A program made the translations under genes and the position numbers. Shown here in pieces: positions 1-9,492 of a DNA stretch of 64,000 nt (position 1 is its first letter; each line of letters starts with the position of its first letter). A model generated the notes under the pieces. It saw nothing but the letters and a program-made list of their open reading frames with translations, had not been told where the DNA came from and did not search any database. This DNA is from an uncultured Sphingomonadales bacterium (GTDB lineage Bacteria; Pseudomonadota; Alphaproteobacteria; Sphingomonadales; CAKZYD01): assembly GCA_964590595.1 (NCBI GenBank), contig CAZPXQ010000002.1, forward strand, positions 188,068 through 252,067, given 5' to 3'.

Positions 1-316
1 TTGGCGGCGCAGTCGCGCGGCCGTGCGGGAGACCAGTTTCAACCACGACCGCGACCTTGGCCAGCGCATGGCCGCTGGGCTTGAGCGTTTTAACCGGCCC
101 TTGCTGTGCCTGCTCAGCGGCGCCGACGATACCGCCGCAGCGTTCGACGATGCGCTTGGCCACCGCGCCGAATGGCGTCAGGCGCGGGCCGGCTCAAATT
201 TGACGCTGGTGAAAATTCCCCATGCGGATCATGTCTTTACCGAGTCCAGTTGGCGTCAGGCCGTGGCCCGCGAGACAATCGCGTTTCTCGACAGGCTGAG
301 CGCTAGCGGCTCATGA
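1..316 (+). CDS. alpha/beta hydrolase, C-terminal fragment (resembles exosortase A system-associated hydrolases); 5' end outside window
   Basis: Reading frame is open to the window edge. The C-terminal ...KIPHADHVF... segment looks like the catalytic-His region of alpha/beta hydrolases. It is adjacent to exosortase-type EPS genes. Confidence 0.55.
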   Translation, partial: WRRSRAAVRETSFNHDRDLGQRMAAGLERFNRPLLCLLSGADDTAAAFDDALGHRAEWRQARAGSNLTLVKIPHADHVFTESSWRQAVARETIAFLDRLSASGS

Positions 317-576
317 CGGCGGCGGATCATCCTTGTCGCGAATCACCGACCAGATGATCACGGCCAGTATGGCCAGACAAAAAACTCCGAAGGCGATGGT
401 TTCCATGACGGTTTCGCTTGAGCAGCCGCGGCGGACCCTGGCAGTCTAGTGCGGCAAATGTTAAAGCCTTGTTGTTGGCGCTAGCGCCCTCACGCTCTGT
501 TAACAGGGACTCGCTATAACCGCTTTTGCGAACAGCCGCCAGCGTGGTGCGGCGTTATGAGAGAAGCCGGCCAGTC

Positions 577-1893
577 ATGCTGCGTTCCATCATGATTTTG
601 ATGATGATCATCGGCACCGTGCCGATGATTTTTGTGAAGCCGCATGTCGGCATGCTGGTGTGGTCGTGGATCTCCTATATGAACCCGCACCGGCTGTCCT
701 ATGGCTTTGCCTACGATATGCCGATGCTGGACGCGATCGCCGCCGCCACCTTGGTCGGCTGGCTGATCTCGCGCGAACCCAAGCGCTTTCGCCTGCACCC
801 CGTTTCGCTAACCTTGATTCTATTCTGGGGCTGGACCCTGGTAACCACAATCCTGTCGAAGGCCCCCGACCGCTCCTGGCCGGAATTCACCCAATTCAGC
901 AAGATTATGTTCTTCACACTGATGCTGCTGCCGCTGATCACCACCAAATGGCGGCTGAATTGCTTGATTTATGTGATTGTCCTGTCCTTAGGTTTTTACG
1001 GCATCAAGGGAGGGCTTTTCACAATTGTCCATGGCGGCAATTATATCGTCAATGGCCCGGTGGGGACTTTTATCTCCGACAACAACCATTTGGGCTTGGC
1101 CCTTTTGATGCTGATACCACTCTTGCGCTACGTGTCGCTGCATGGCGATACGTCGTGGATCAAACAGGCTGCCTTGTGGTCCATCTTCATCGTCGCGATT
1201 TCAATTTTGGGTTCGCAATCGCGAGGCGCTTTCTTATCCGCCGTCATCACGATGCCGATCTTGATCGCCAAGGGTCGTCGGCGGATCGCCATATTCGCCT
1301 TATTAACCGTTATGGCCATGGGCGCACTTGCTTTCATGCCGCAGGATTGGCGTAATCGCATGGCTACCATCACCACCTATGAGCAAGACGCGTCCGCAAC
1401 TGGGCGATTGGACATGTGGAGCGGCGGCTTCCGACTGGCGCAGGACCATCCATTTGTCGGTGGTGGTTTTGCCTCCAACTATCAACCTTCATTCATGGCG
1501 CAATATATGGAACCAGGTAAGGAACTGCGCGCCTATCATTCGATCTATTTCATGACCCTTGGCGAGCATGGCTTTGTTGGCCTGTTGTTGTTCTTCATGA
1601 TCATGACCGCCAGTTATTTCACATGCGCGCATATCGTTAAGTTGGCGCGCGGCGATCCGGAGCTGAAATGGGCGGAGGATCTGGCGAAGATGCTGCAAAT
1701 CTCGCTGATTGCCTATGGCGTCGCCGGGGCGTTCTTGTCGCTGGCGAAATTCGACCTGTTCTATCATCTCTGCGCGATGACTCTGATCTTGCATCGCGTG
1801 GTGGCGGCGCGGCTGGACGCCAAGCTGCCTGCCCCGGCACCGGTGGGGACGCCACGGCCAATGCCCACGGCCATGCCACGACCAGCTGAATAA
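577..1893 (+). CDS. O-antigen ligase (Wzy_C)-like polytopic membrane protein; putative O-glycosylation ligase of exosortase-A-type loci
   Basis: ORF 526..1893. The ATG at 577 gives MLRSIMILMMIIG..., and the protein has many hydrophobic helices. There is a central loop (...LGSQSRGAFLS...) and a large periplasmic-type loop, as in the O-antigen ligase family. Start choice is uncertain. Confidence 0.75.
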   Translation: MLRSIMILMMIIGTVPMIFVKPHVGMLVWSWISYMNPHRLSYGFAYDMPMLDAIAAATLVGWLISREPKRFRLHPVSLTLILFWGWTLVTTILSKAPDRSWPEFTQFSKIMFFTLMLLPLITTKWRLNCLIYVIVLSLGFYGIKGGLFTIVHGGNYIVNGPVGTFISDNNHLGLALLMLIPLLRYVSLHGDTSWIKQAALWSIFIVAISILGSQSRGAFLSAVITMPILIAKGRRRIAIFALLTVMAMGALAFMPQDWRNRMATITTYEQDASATGRLDMWSGGFRLAQDHPFVGGGFASNYQPSFMAQYMEPGKELRAYHSIYFMTLGEHGFVGLLLFFMIMTASYFTCAHIVKLARGDPELKWAEDLAKMLQISLIAYGVAGAFLSLAKFDLFYHLCAMTLILHRVVAARLDAKLPAPAPVGTPRPMPTAMPRPAE

Positions 1894-1930
1894 GCACGGT
1901 CAACCACCTTCGTTTGACAGGACCCATTTT

Positions 1931-3046
1931 ATGAGCACGCACCGTATTCATTTGATCGCCGCCGCGCGGCCCAATTTCATGAAAGTGGCGCCGCTCTATC
2001 ATGCGCTGGCCAAGCACCCCGCCTTTACGCCAGTATTGGTGCACACGGGCCAGCATTATGACGCCAACATGTCGGATAATTTTTTCCGCGACCTGCAATT
2101 GCCGGCGCCCGATCATCATCTTGGCATCGGCAGCGGCAGTCATGGCGAGCAGATGGGCGGCGTAATGATCGCCTATGAAAAAATCTGCGCCCAAGACCGA
2201 CCGGACTGGATCGTCGTGGTCGGCGACGTCAACCCCACCGCCGCCTGCACCCTAGTTGGCGCAAAATTATGGATTCCGGTGGCGCATTTGGAAGCTGGCC
2301 TTCGCAGCCGCGACCGCCGCATGCCGGAAGAAATCAACCGCTTGGTCACCGACGTGATTGCCGATGTGCTGTGGACGCCATCGCCGGACGCCGATGACAA
2401 TCTGTTGGCCGAAGGCGTCGCCCCCGCGCGCATCAGTCGTGTCGGCAATATCATGATGGACAGCTATGAACTGGTACGCCAGGCGATCGAGGCGGAAAAC
2501 GCGCCGGCCCGCTGGGGCCTGAGGCCGGGCGATTATGGCGTCGTCACCTTCCATCGCCCATCCAATGTCGACGATCAGGCGGTATTGACCACCATCGCAG
2601 ATCAGTTGGTCGCCGCCGCCAAATTACTGCCGTTGATTTTTCCGGTGCATCCGCGCACCCGCAAGCAATTGGAAGGGTTCGGATTATGGCAGCAGCTTGA
2701 AGAGGCAGGCATCAAGCTCGAACAGCCGATCAGTTATCGCCCATTCATGAACCTGGTCGCTAACGCCAAGCTGGTGATGACCGATTCCGGCGGCATTCAG
2801 GAAGAAACCACATATCTCAACATTCCCTGCATGACCCTGCGCGAGAATACCGAACGCCCAATCACCATCACAGAAGGCACCAACCGGTTGATCAAGCCGA
2901 AAGATGTTTTGACCTCGATCGAACAGGTGATGGCGGGAGACTGGCCGTCGGGCAAACGGCCGGAATTGTGGGACGGCCAGACCGCCGCGCGGGTAGTGGC
3001 CGATCTGGAATCCCGCATCAAGGCTGGTTTTCGGCTCAGCGCTTAA
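1931..3046 (+). CDS. wecB: UDP-N-acetylglucosamine 2-epimerase (non-hydrolysing), copy 1
   Basis: 371 aa. Motifs seen: RPNFMKVAPL, HTGQHYD, HLEAGLRS...MPEEINR, DSGGIQEE. Confidence 0.92.
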   Translation: MSTHRIHLIAAARPNFMKVAPLYHALAKHPAFTPVLVHTGQHYDANMSDNFFRDLQLPAPDHHLGIGSGSHGEQMGGVMIAYEKICAQDRPDWIVVVGDVNPTAACTLVGAKLWIPVAHLEAGLRSRDRRMPEEINRLVTDVIADVLWTPSPDADDNLLAEGVAPARISRVGNIMMDSYELVRQAIEAENAPARWGLRPGDYGVVTFHRPSNVDDQAVLTTIADQLVAAAKLLPLIFPVHPRTRKQLEGFGLWQQLEEAGIKLEQPISYRPFMNLVANAKLVMTDSGGIQEETTYLNIPCMTLRENTERPITITEGTNRLIKPKDVLTSIEQVMAGDWPSGKRPELWDGQTAARVVADLESRIKAGFRLSA

Positions 3047-4361
3047 GCAAGCGGTCGATAAAGGCTTGAATCCGGTCAAACTGGCGGGCCCGGGCAAACG
3101 CGCCAATATCGGGATTGTCGGGTTCCGGCAAGCGCGGCGCGGCGTCCTTCAGCTTCAACCAGGCGCGCAACTGCGTCTGCACATGCGCCACATCCTTGCT
3201 CACCAAGCCAAGACCAGCGCTGCGGATCATATCCGCCGCCTCGCCCGTGGTGCTGCCGATGGAAAGAATTGGCCGACGCGCACCGATGTATTCAAACAGC
3301 TTGCCGGCAATCACGCCATTTTCAGCCGGATCGTCCCAACGCAACAACAACAGCACATCCGCCGCCCGCTCCAGCTCTAGAATCCGCGCATGCGCGACCG
3401 GGGCATGCACCATGACCTGTTCGGTTACGCCATGGCGATCGGCCAGGGCCAGCACATTGCCGGGATTGTCCATGTAAAAATGCACCCGCACGCGGTCGCG
3501 GTCAGCGCCCAAACCGGCAATCGCCTGAAACAACACCGTGGGATCGCGCTTGCCGACATAAATCGACCCAGCATATAAAATCGTCAACCGCGCCGGGTCC
3601 AATGGCGGTGGCGGCGCGCCTTGGAAATCGTCGGGGTCGAAGCCATTCATCGCCACCTCGGCAGGCTTGGCATGATACAGCCCCAAGGTTCGGGTCGTCG
3701 TTTCCGTCAGCCCAACAATGCCCGCCGCCGAAGCCAGCGCCCAACGCTCCAGCGCCCGTTCAAACGGCTTGCGGAACCAGGCGCCGTCATAATAGCCATT
3801 GGTCACCCAAGCATCGCGATATTCCGCCAGCCAGGGGATGCCGTGGCGTTTGGCCAAACGGGCGCCGACCAGAAACGCACTGTGCGGCGGCGCGGTCACA
3901 TAGATGACATCCGCTGGAAATGCGGCGAGGATTTCATCGCCAGCCTTGATCGCCGGCCGCACCCAACCAACATGCTGATCGGGAATATTGGTCAATTGAT
4001 TATACAGCCAATCGAACCATCGCCGCGCCCGTGACGGCGGCGGCGTTGGTGCCCGCGCCCCCGTGTCTGATGGCTGGTTCTCGGATGCGGCCGGCCGGGC
4101 TTCGTTGTCGGTGCCGACAAACACGCTCTTAAGCCAGTTTTTCAGCGCCCCAGGCCAATCATTGACATCGGTCATCGGTGCATAATGAATAATTTCTGGC
4201 GGCAGGCCGGGGTCCAGAATCGGCGGCAATTTGGGCCGATAGGCAGCCAGCACCCGCACCTCATGGCCAGCTGCCCGCCAATATTGCGCCAGTTTCGGCG
4301 CACGCGTGGCCGCCGCTGGCGCATAAGGGGGAAAATGGGCTGAGACCAGCAATATTCGCAC
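3036..4361 (-). CDS. glycosyltransferase family 4-like
   Basis: 441 aa. N-terminus MRILLVSAHFPP is typical of GT4. C-terminal half is GT-B-like, with EYIGARRPIL and a Pro-rich insertion. Confidence 0.75.
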   Translation of the reverse strand: MRILLVSAHFPPYAPAAATRAPKLAQYWRAAGHEVRVLAAYRPKLPPILDPGLPPEIIHYAPMTDVNDWPGALKNWLKSVFVGTDNEARPAASENQPSDTGARAPTPPPSRARRWFDWLYNQLTNIPDQHVGWVRPAIKAGDEILAAFPADVIYVTAPPHSAFLVGARLAKRHGIPWLAEYRDAWVTNGYYDGAWFRKPFERALERWALASAAGIVGLTETTTRTLGLYHAKPAEVAMNGFDPDDFQGAPPPPLDPARLTILYAGSIYVGKRDPTVLFQAIAGLGADRDRVRVHFYMDNPGNVLALADRHGVTEQVMVHAPVAHARILELERAADVLLLLRWDDPAENGVIAGKLFEYIGARRPILSIGSTTGEAADMIRSAGLGLVSKDVAHVQTQLRAWLKLKDAAPRLPEPDNPDIGAFARARQFDRIQAFIDRLLKR

Positions 4362-4513
4362 TGGCGCGCTCCTTGGCTAAAACGGTTGGAGTGGCCTTTC
4401 TAGACACTTCCTCTTAAAGAGAATTGAAACCCGGCGCCATGCCGTTTTGTTTAGCCGTTTTTTCAACTTCGGCCGTTATCAATCGCCTGAAGCCAAAAGA
4501 TCAGGGACCGCGC

Positions 4514-5746
4514 ATGCGCATATTGCATATCTTTGACCACAGCCTGCCCAAGCAAAGCGGCTATACATTCCGCAGCCGGGCGATTTTGGCGCATCAGCAT
4601 GCGCTGGGCTGGCAAACCGCGCATGTCACCTCGCCTAAGCATGCCGCCGAAGGCCAAATGGATGAAGAGGCCGATGGCCTGGTCTTTCACCGCAGCGAAC
4701 AGCCCGATGCTTTGGCCTCGCGTTTACCGGGCCTGCGCGAATTGGCGATGATCGGCGCCACCGCGCGGCGCGCGATCGCGGTAGGCCGCGCGTTCAAGCC
4801 CGATATCGTCCATGCGCATTCACCCGTGCTGAACGCGATGGCGGCAGCGAAGGTCGGCCGCGCCTTGGGTGTGCCGGTGGTCTATGAAATTCGCGCCTTT
4901 TGGGAAGACGCCGCCGCCTCACACGGCACCTGCCGTGAAGGCGATTTGCGCTACCGCCTCACCCAATATCTGGAAACCCGTGCCGCCCGTCGCGCCGATG
5001 GCCTGACGGTGATTTGCGACGGCCTGCGCCAAGACCTGATCCGCCGCGGCATCGACGCTGGTAAAATCACGGTCATTCCCAACGCCGTCGATATCGCGCA
5101 ATTCAGCGGGCCGTTGCCGCCGGAACCAGCACTGGCGGCGCAATTGGGACTGACCAACAAGCCGGTGCTTGGCTTTATCGGCTCGTTCTATGATTATGAA
5201 GGCCTCGACCTGTTGATCGCCGCGATGCCGCAAATGCTGGCGCATAATCCCGATATTCGCCTGTTGCTGGTTGGCGGAGGGCCTCGCGACCAAGCCTTGC
5301 GCGCCCAGGCAGCGGCCCTTGACCTGCAACAACAGATCATCTTCACCGGCAGGGTGCCGCATGGCGACGTCGGCCGCTATTATGCGCTGACCGACATCTT
5401 CGTCTATCCGCGCAAAAATATTCGCCTGACCGATTTGGTGACCCCATTAAAGCCGCTGGAAGCCATGGCGCAGCATAAGCTGGTTGCCGCATCCGACATT
5501 GGTGGCCACCGTGAATTGATTCGCGACGGCGACACTGGCTTGTTGTTCAAGCCCGACGATCCGCAAGCCCTGGCCCAAGCCATTGTCGACCTGCTGGCGC
5601 GCCGCGCGGACTGGCCAGCATTTTGGGCACGCGGTCGCGCCTTTGTCGAACAGTCGCGCAATTGGCAAGTCAGCGTGGCCAATTATGTGCCGCTTTATGA
5701 ACGGCTGGCGTCCGCCGCCAAGATTTCGCGGAACAGCGCCAACTGA
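4514..5746 (+). CDS. glycosyltransferase family 4 (PEP-CTERM/exosortase A-associated type)
   Basis: ATG at 4514 gives MRILHIFDHSLPKQSGYTFRS.... The C-terminal half carries an E-x7-E-like region (PLKPLEAMA...). The upstream part of ORF 4424.. looks non-coding. Confidence 0.8.
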   Translation: MRILHIFDHSLPKQSGYTFRSRAILAHQHALGWQTAHVTSPKHAAEGQMDEEADGLVFHRSEQPDALASRLPGLRELAMIGATARRAIAVGRAFKPDIVHAHSPVLNAMAAAKVGRALGVPVVYEIRAFWEDAAASHGTCREGDLRYRLTQYLETRAARRADGLTVICDGLRQDLIRRGIDAGKITVIPNAVDIAQFSGPLPPEPALAAQLGLTNKPVLGFIGSFYDYEGLDLLIAAMPQMLAHNPDIRLLLVGGGPRDQALRAQAAALDLQQQIIFTGRVPHGDVGRYYALTDIFVYPRKNIRLTDLVTPLKPLEAMAQHKLVAASDIGGHRELIRDGDTGLLFKPDDPQALAQAIVDLLARRADWPAFWARGRAFVEQSRNWQVSVANYVPLYERLASAAKISRNSAN

Positions 5747-6882
5747 CCGGCGGTGGTGTCGTCCCAGGAGAATTTTTCGGCATAGGCGCGGGTGTCGGCG
5801 CGCACCGGCATCCCCGCCCTGAGCGCGGTAACCGCTTCCGCCAAGGCCGCTGGGCTGCGTTCGGCCATCAATCGGCCGGCGACGGGATCGGCCACCACTT
5901 CCGGCGTGCCCCACACATTCGACGCCACCACTGGCGTGCCGCATGCCATCGATTCCAACAACACATTAGCCCAGCCCTCGCGGCTGGAGGTGAGCAGGCT
6001 GATATCGGCGGCGCTGTACAGATCGGCCAGGTCGGCATGCGGCACCGGGCCCAATAGCCGCACCCGGTCGCCCAAATTCAACTCCGCGACCAGGGCCTGA
6101 AGTGACCCGCGCCGCTCGCCTTCGCCAGCGATCAGCAATTCCATGTCGGGCAATGCGGGCATCGCACGAATAGCGATGTCGTGCGCCTTGCGGTCGATCA
6201 GACCCCCGACCGACACCAGTGCCGGCCTCTCGATGCCGAAACGCGCCCGCGCCGCCGCCCGTGGTCGCGGCGTGAACAGCGTCAGATCGACGCCATTGCG
6301 CAGAACCTTGATCTTGTCGGCCGCCATGCCCAGGCCCACCATTTCATCCTTCAGCGCCTGACAGACCGCGACCATGCCAGCAGCCCGCGCGCCCGCCTCC
6401 ACGATCATACGGCGGGTACGCGGATAGGCCGGGATCAAATTGATGTCGGTGCCGCGTGCGGTCACCACCACCGGCTTGTTCAGGGCGCGGCCCAGCCAGG
6501 TCGCGGCAACGCCGTCGGGATAAAAATAATGCGCGTCGATCAGATCGAAGTCATAGCCATCGCGGATCATCCGCCGAAACAGGCCCAGGCAGGCCCGATA
6601 CAGGCTGAACGGCGCCATCGTCATGCCGGCTTTCGGCAATAGCAAATAACGCGGATGCAAAACCGACAAGCCATGCCGAGTTTCCACCCGAGGCGTGGCG
6701 GCAAAGCGCGCATATTCGCCAAAGCGCGGATGGCGCGAGCAAAACCACGGCACCGGCGCCACCACCCGTGCTTCAACCGCACCGCTGGCGACCAGATGGC
6801 GGAGCCGATTTTCCACGAACACCCCAAAATTGGGCCGCGCGGCGCTGGGATAAAGGGTACTGAAGGTGAGGATACGGATCAT
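5695..6882 (-). CDS. glycosyltransferase family 4
   Basis: 395 aa. Begins MIRILTFSTLYPSAARPNFGVFVENR...; also SSREGWANVLLESMACGTPVVAS. There is a 4-nt ATGA overlap with the upstream GT gene. Confidence 0.85.
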   Translation of the reverse strand: MIRILTFSTLYPSAARPNFGVFVENRLRHLVASGAVEARVVAPVPWFCSRHPRFGEYARFAATPRVETRHGLSVLHPRYLLLPKAGMTMAPFSLYRACLGLFRRMIRDGYDFDLIDAHYFYPDGVAATWLGRALNKPVVVTARGTDINLIPAYPRTRRMIVEAGARAAGMVAVCQALKDEMVGLGMAADKIKVLRNGVDLTLFTPRPRAAARARFGIERPALVSVGGLIDRKAHDIAIRAMPALPDMELLIAGEGERRGSLQALVAELNLGDRVRLLGPVPHADLADLYSAADISLLTSSREGWANVLLESMACGTPVVASNVWGTPEVVADPVAGRLMAERSPAALAEAVTALRAGMPVRADTRAYAEKFSWDDTTAGQLALFREILAADASRS

Positions 6883-7994
6883 TGCAAGGCGTCCCGATAA
6901 ACCCTGTCATAAGCGGCGACCATGGCCTCAAGGCCATATTCGGCGGCGGCTTGGGCGTGATTGTCGTCACCCAGACGGGCACGCAAAGCCGCGTCCGCCA
7001 ACAACCGTGCGGCGGCATCGGCCAGCGCCGTTTCATCATCGACCGGCACAATAAACGGCCGATTGGCGGCCGCCACCATCACCGCCACATCACCCACATC
7101 GGTGCCGACCACCGGTCGCCGCGCCGCCATCGCTTGCAGCACGCCATTGGGCAATTGCTCGGTCTCGGACGTGATGGCAAAGACATCGCACAGCCCATAG
7201 ACCTTTTCCACGGCGCTGATGAAGCCGGCAAAATGCACATCCGCCGCCACCCCCAACGCCGCCGCCAAGGCTTCCAAGCCGGCGCGTTCGGCGCCATCGC
7301 CCACGATCAGAGCCCGCACCGGCAGGCCCCGCGCCTTCAAGTTGGCGATCATGCGCAAAAATCGGCCAATATTTTTTTCCGGTCGCAGCGGCGTCACCGT
7401 GCCGACCACCAAATCGCCCGGTCGCCGCACAAAGCCCGGCAAGGCCCGCGGATCGGCTGGCGCCGAAAATCGCGCGATGTCGATGCCGTCGGGAATGCGC
7501 CGCACCTTGGCCGCCGGCAGTTTCCAGATATTGCCGATCACCGCGACCAAGGTCCGCGATGGCACAATGATATGACGGGTGCGGCGCAGCGCCAGCCGTC
7601 TGAACCAGACTCGGCGCAGCAATTGCCGTTTCGCTTCCTCGACACCAAAGCCGGCTTCGTGATGGACATGAGCCACGCCGCAAAACAGCGCATTGGCCAG
7701 CGCCGTTTCGACCGCGCCCCAATTATAGGTCAGCAGCAAGTCCGGCTTTTCGGCATTGATCAGCCGCGCCATCTGTCGCAGGCGGCGAATCAGTCCGCCC
7801 TGCGGCCGCTCGGTCCGCAAAAAACTGACATCCTCGGTCTTGGTGATGCGCTCGGCGGCGTCATAAGTGCCATCCCAGGCCAGGATCCGGTGGCGCCAAC
7901 CGCAGGCCGATGCGTTGACATAAGCCGCCGTCCGCAGCTGAATGCCGCCGGTATCGAAATTCTGAAACACATGCAGCAGTCTGGGAGCGGTCAT
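6879..7994 (-). CDS. glycosyltransferase family 4 (PEP-CTERM/EpsH1-associated sugar transferase-like)
   Basis: 371 aa. Begins LLHVFQNFDTGGIQ...; also ITSETEQLPNGVLQAMAARRPVVGTDVGD. The antisense 394-aa ORF is judged spurious. Confidence 0.85.
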   Translation of the reverse strand: MTAPRLLHVFQNFDTGGIQLRTAAYVNASACGWRHRILAWDGTYDAAERITKTEDVSFLRTERPQGGLIRRLRQMARLINAEKPDLLLTYNWGAVETALANALFCGVAHVHHEAGFGVEEAKRQLLRRVWFRRLALRRTRHIIVPSRTLVAVIGNIWKLPAAKVRRIPDGIDIARFSAPADPRALPGFVRRPGDLVVGTVTPLRPEKNIGRFLRMIANLKARGLPVRALIVGDGAERAGLEALAAALGVAADVHFAGFISAVEKVYGLCDVFAITSETEQLPNGVLQAMAARRPVVGTDVGDVAVMVAAANRPFIVPVDDETALADAAARLLADAALRARLGDDNHAQAAAEYGLEAMVAAYDRVYRDALQ

Positions 7995-8146
7995 GCGGGC
8001 GTCATCCGGCGCGAATTCGGGTTTGGACCTTGGGGTTTATCCATCTTGCGCGACAAAGCACCATAATTTCATTGTTTTTCCGTTCACAGGGCGATTTAAT
8101 TCCGCCGCCGGTCTTGTTGGCTTCAACCAAATAGAGGGGGAATGCC

Positions 8147-9484
8147 GTGTTTCGCACAGCATGGCTTGTCGCGTCTCTTGCCGTCGCGATCATCGCCAGC
8201 CTGCTGCTCTATGGCAGCCTGCCGGTCTTGCTGAGCTGGGCGCTGCCGGCGCGCACCCCGCAAGCCGTGATCGACATTATCAGCCAAGCCACCCTGCCCG
8301 CGATCGCCGTATTCGGCGCCGGGATGGTGCTGTTTTACAATTTGATCGGCCCTGGCGGCCTGGCCCTGTTCGACATGCTGACAACCAAGCGTGCGCGCGC
8401 CAATCTGTCGCCATTGCTGAATGCCAGGCGCGCCGGCCAAAGCATTTCCCGCCGCGATTTTCTCATCGCCATGGAAGATACCGGCGACCTGACCAGCGTT
8501 GCCGAGGATTATGCCACCCAGCTCTATAAGGCGCCCAGCCATCAGCAGGAACTGGCCACCGAAGACGCCTATGCCCGTCTGACCGCGGCTGGCTATTTCG
8601 GGCCCGAAGCCATGGTCGAGCGGCGGTTGATGACATGGCTGTCGCAGCTTTTGTGCGGCCTGCTGCTGGGCGGCGGGGCCTTGTTGTTCCTGATCAGCTT
8701 GGTGATCGGCGCCGACAACGCGATCTTTGGCGGCAGGCTTGGCGCCGCCTCTGGCGCGGGCGACAGCTTCAAACTTGCGCTGGAAACCGGCTTGATTACC
8801 TTGGCCATCGCCGGCGCCGGCGCCTTGCTCAGCAGCGCCTTCATTTACGTTGTGCGCAACGCCCGCAGCGCCCAGGCTTATGGCTTTGCTCGCGATCTCG
8901 ACATCATATTCCTGAACAATCCGGGCCTTGCGCCGGTGCCGGTGCCGGCACAAGCCGGCGCGGCATTGGATGCTGGGGCGTTGGATCAATTCGCCGATCG
9001 CCAAGCCCAGTTGTTTAGCGACCAAAGCAGCCATTTGCGCGAAGTGCTGGAAGCCGCTGCTGCAGCGGCTAAACGCATTGAAGACGCCGCCAAGGGCAGC
9101 GACGCCGCGGCCTTGCACCAGCTTGCCGATCAGGCCCGAACCTTGAACAAGACCATGGACGGCCTTGGCAAGTCGCTACGCGACTTGCGGCCATTGCTGG
9201 AAGCCGGCGCTGAAAATGGCAACGTCATCCGCCAGCATTTGACCAGCGATGCGTCCGTGGCGCAGCATTTGCAGAAAGCCGCCAAGGACATGGGTGCCGC
9301 CGCCCAAGCCAGCCGCGACACCGTTGAGCGTTTCATCACCTTGGCGGAAAAACTGCGCGAAGCCGCCCGCGCCTTAACGGGACCATCGGGTGAAGTCGCC
9401 ACACCCGCCGACCCCGAGGCCGCACGTCGGCTGTCCGAAGCCCTGCGCGAACTTCGCCGCGTTGCCGGCGGCGGTGGACGCTAG
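8147..9484 (+). CDS. hypothetical membrane protein: 2+2 transmembrane helices plus a ~200-aa Ala/Gln/Arg-rich helical C-terminal tail
   Basis: GTG start preceded by GAGGGGG. Hydrophobic segments lie at about aa 5-33, 48-75, 165-190 and 211-237. I recognise no family. Confidence 0.6.
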   Translation: MFRTAWLVASLAVAIIASLLLYGSLPVLLSWALPARTPQAVIDIISQATLPAIAVFGAGMVLFYNLIGPGGLALFDMLTTKRARANLSPLLNARRAGQSISRRDFLIAMEDTGDLTSVAEDYATQLYKAPSHQQELATEDAYARLTAAGYFGPEAMVERRLMTWLSQLLCGLLLGGGALLFLISLVIGADNAIFGGRLGAASGAGDSFKLALETGLITLAIAGAGALLSSAFIYVVRNARSAQAYGFARDLDIIFLNNPGLAPVPVPAQAGAALDAGALDQFADRQAQLFSDQSSHLREVLEAAAAAAKRIEDAAKGSDAAALHQLADQARTLNKTMDGLGKSLRDLRPLLEAGAENGNVIRQHLTSDASVAQHLQKAAKDMGAAAQASRDTVERFITLAEKLREAARALTGPSGEVATPADPEAARRLSEALRELRRVAGGGGR

Positions 9485-9492
9485 GGGCGCCG

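Noticed and set aside
439-453. TGGCAG-tctag-TGC upstream of the ligase-like gene, a possible sigma-54 promoter.
   Set aside because: The GG to GC spacing is 9 nt, one short, and the -12 element lacks the TTGC context.
6882-8066. 394-aa ORF on the plus strand, fully antisense to the GT4 gene. Similar long antisense ORFs occur at 15940-17361, 30790-32145, 35084-35872, 42939-44279, 53886-55067 and 56267-57838.
   Set aside because: The products are Arg/Gly/His/Gln-rich with no recognisable motifs, while the opposite strand encodes clearly recognisable proteins (GT4, sugar transferase, PrfC, CoxL-like subunit, FabG/AcpP, PurF, RNase J). Long shadow ORFs are expected in high-GC DNA.
8123-9118. 331-aa minus-strand ORF competing with the 8147-9484 hypothetical gene.
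   Set aside because: The plus-strand product has coherent TM helices, a helical tail and an SD-preceded start. The minus-strand product is Gly/Arg/Gln-rich without structure-like features.
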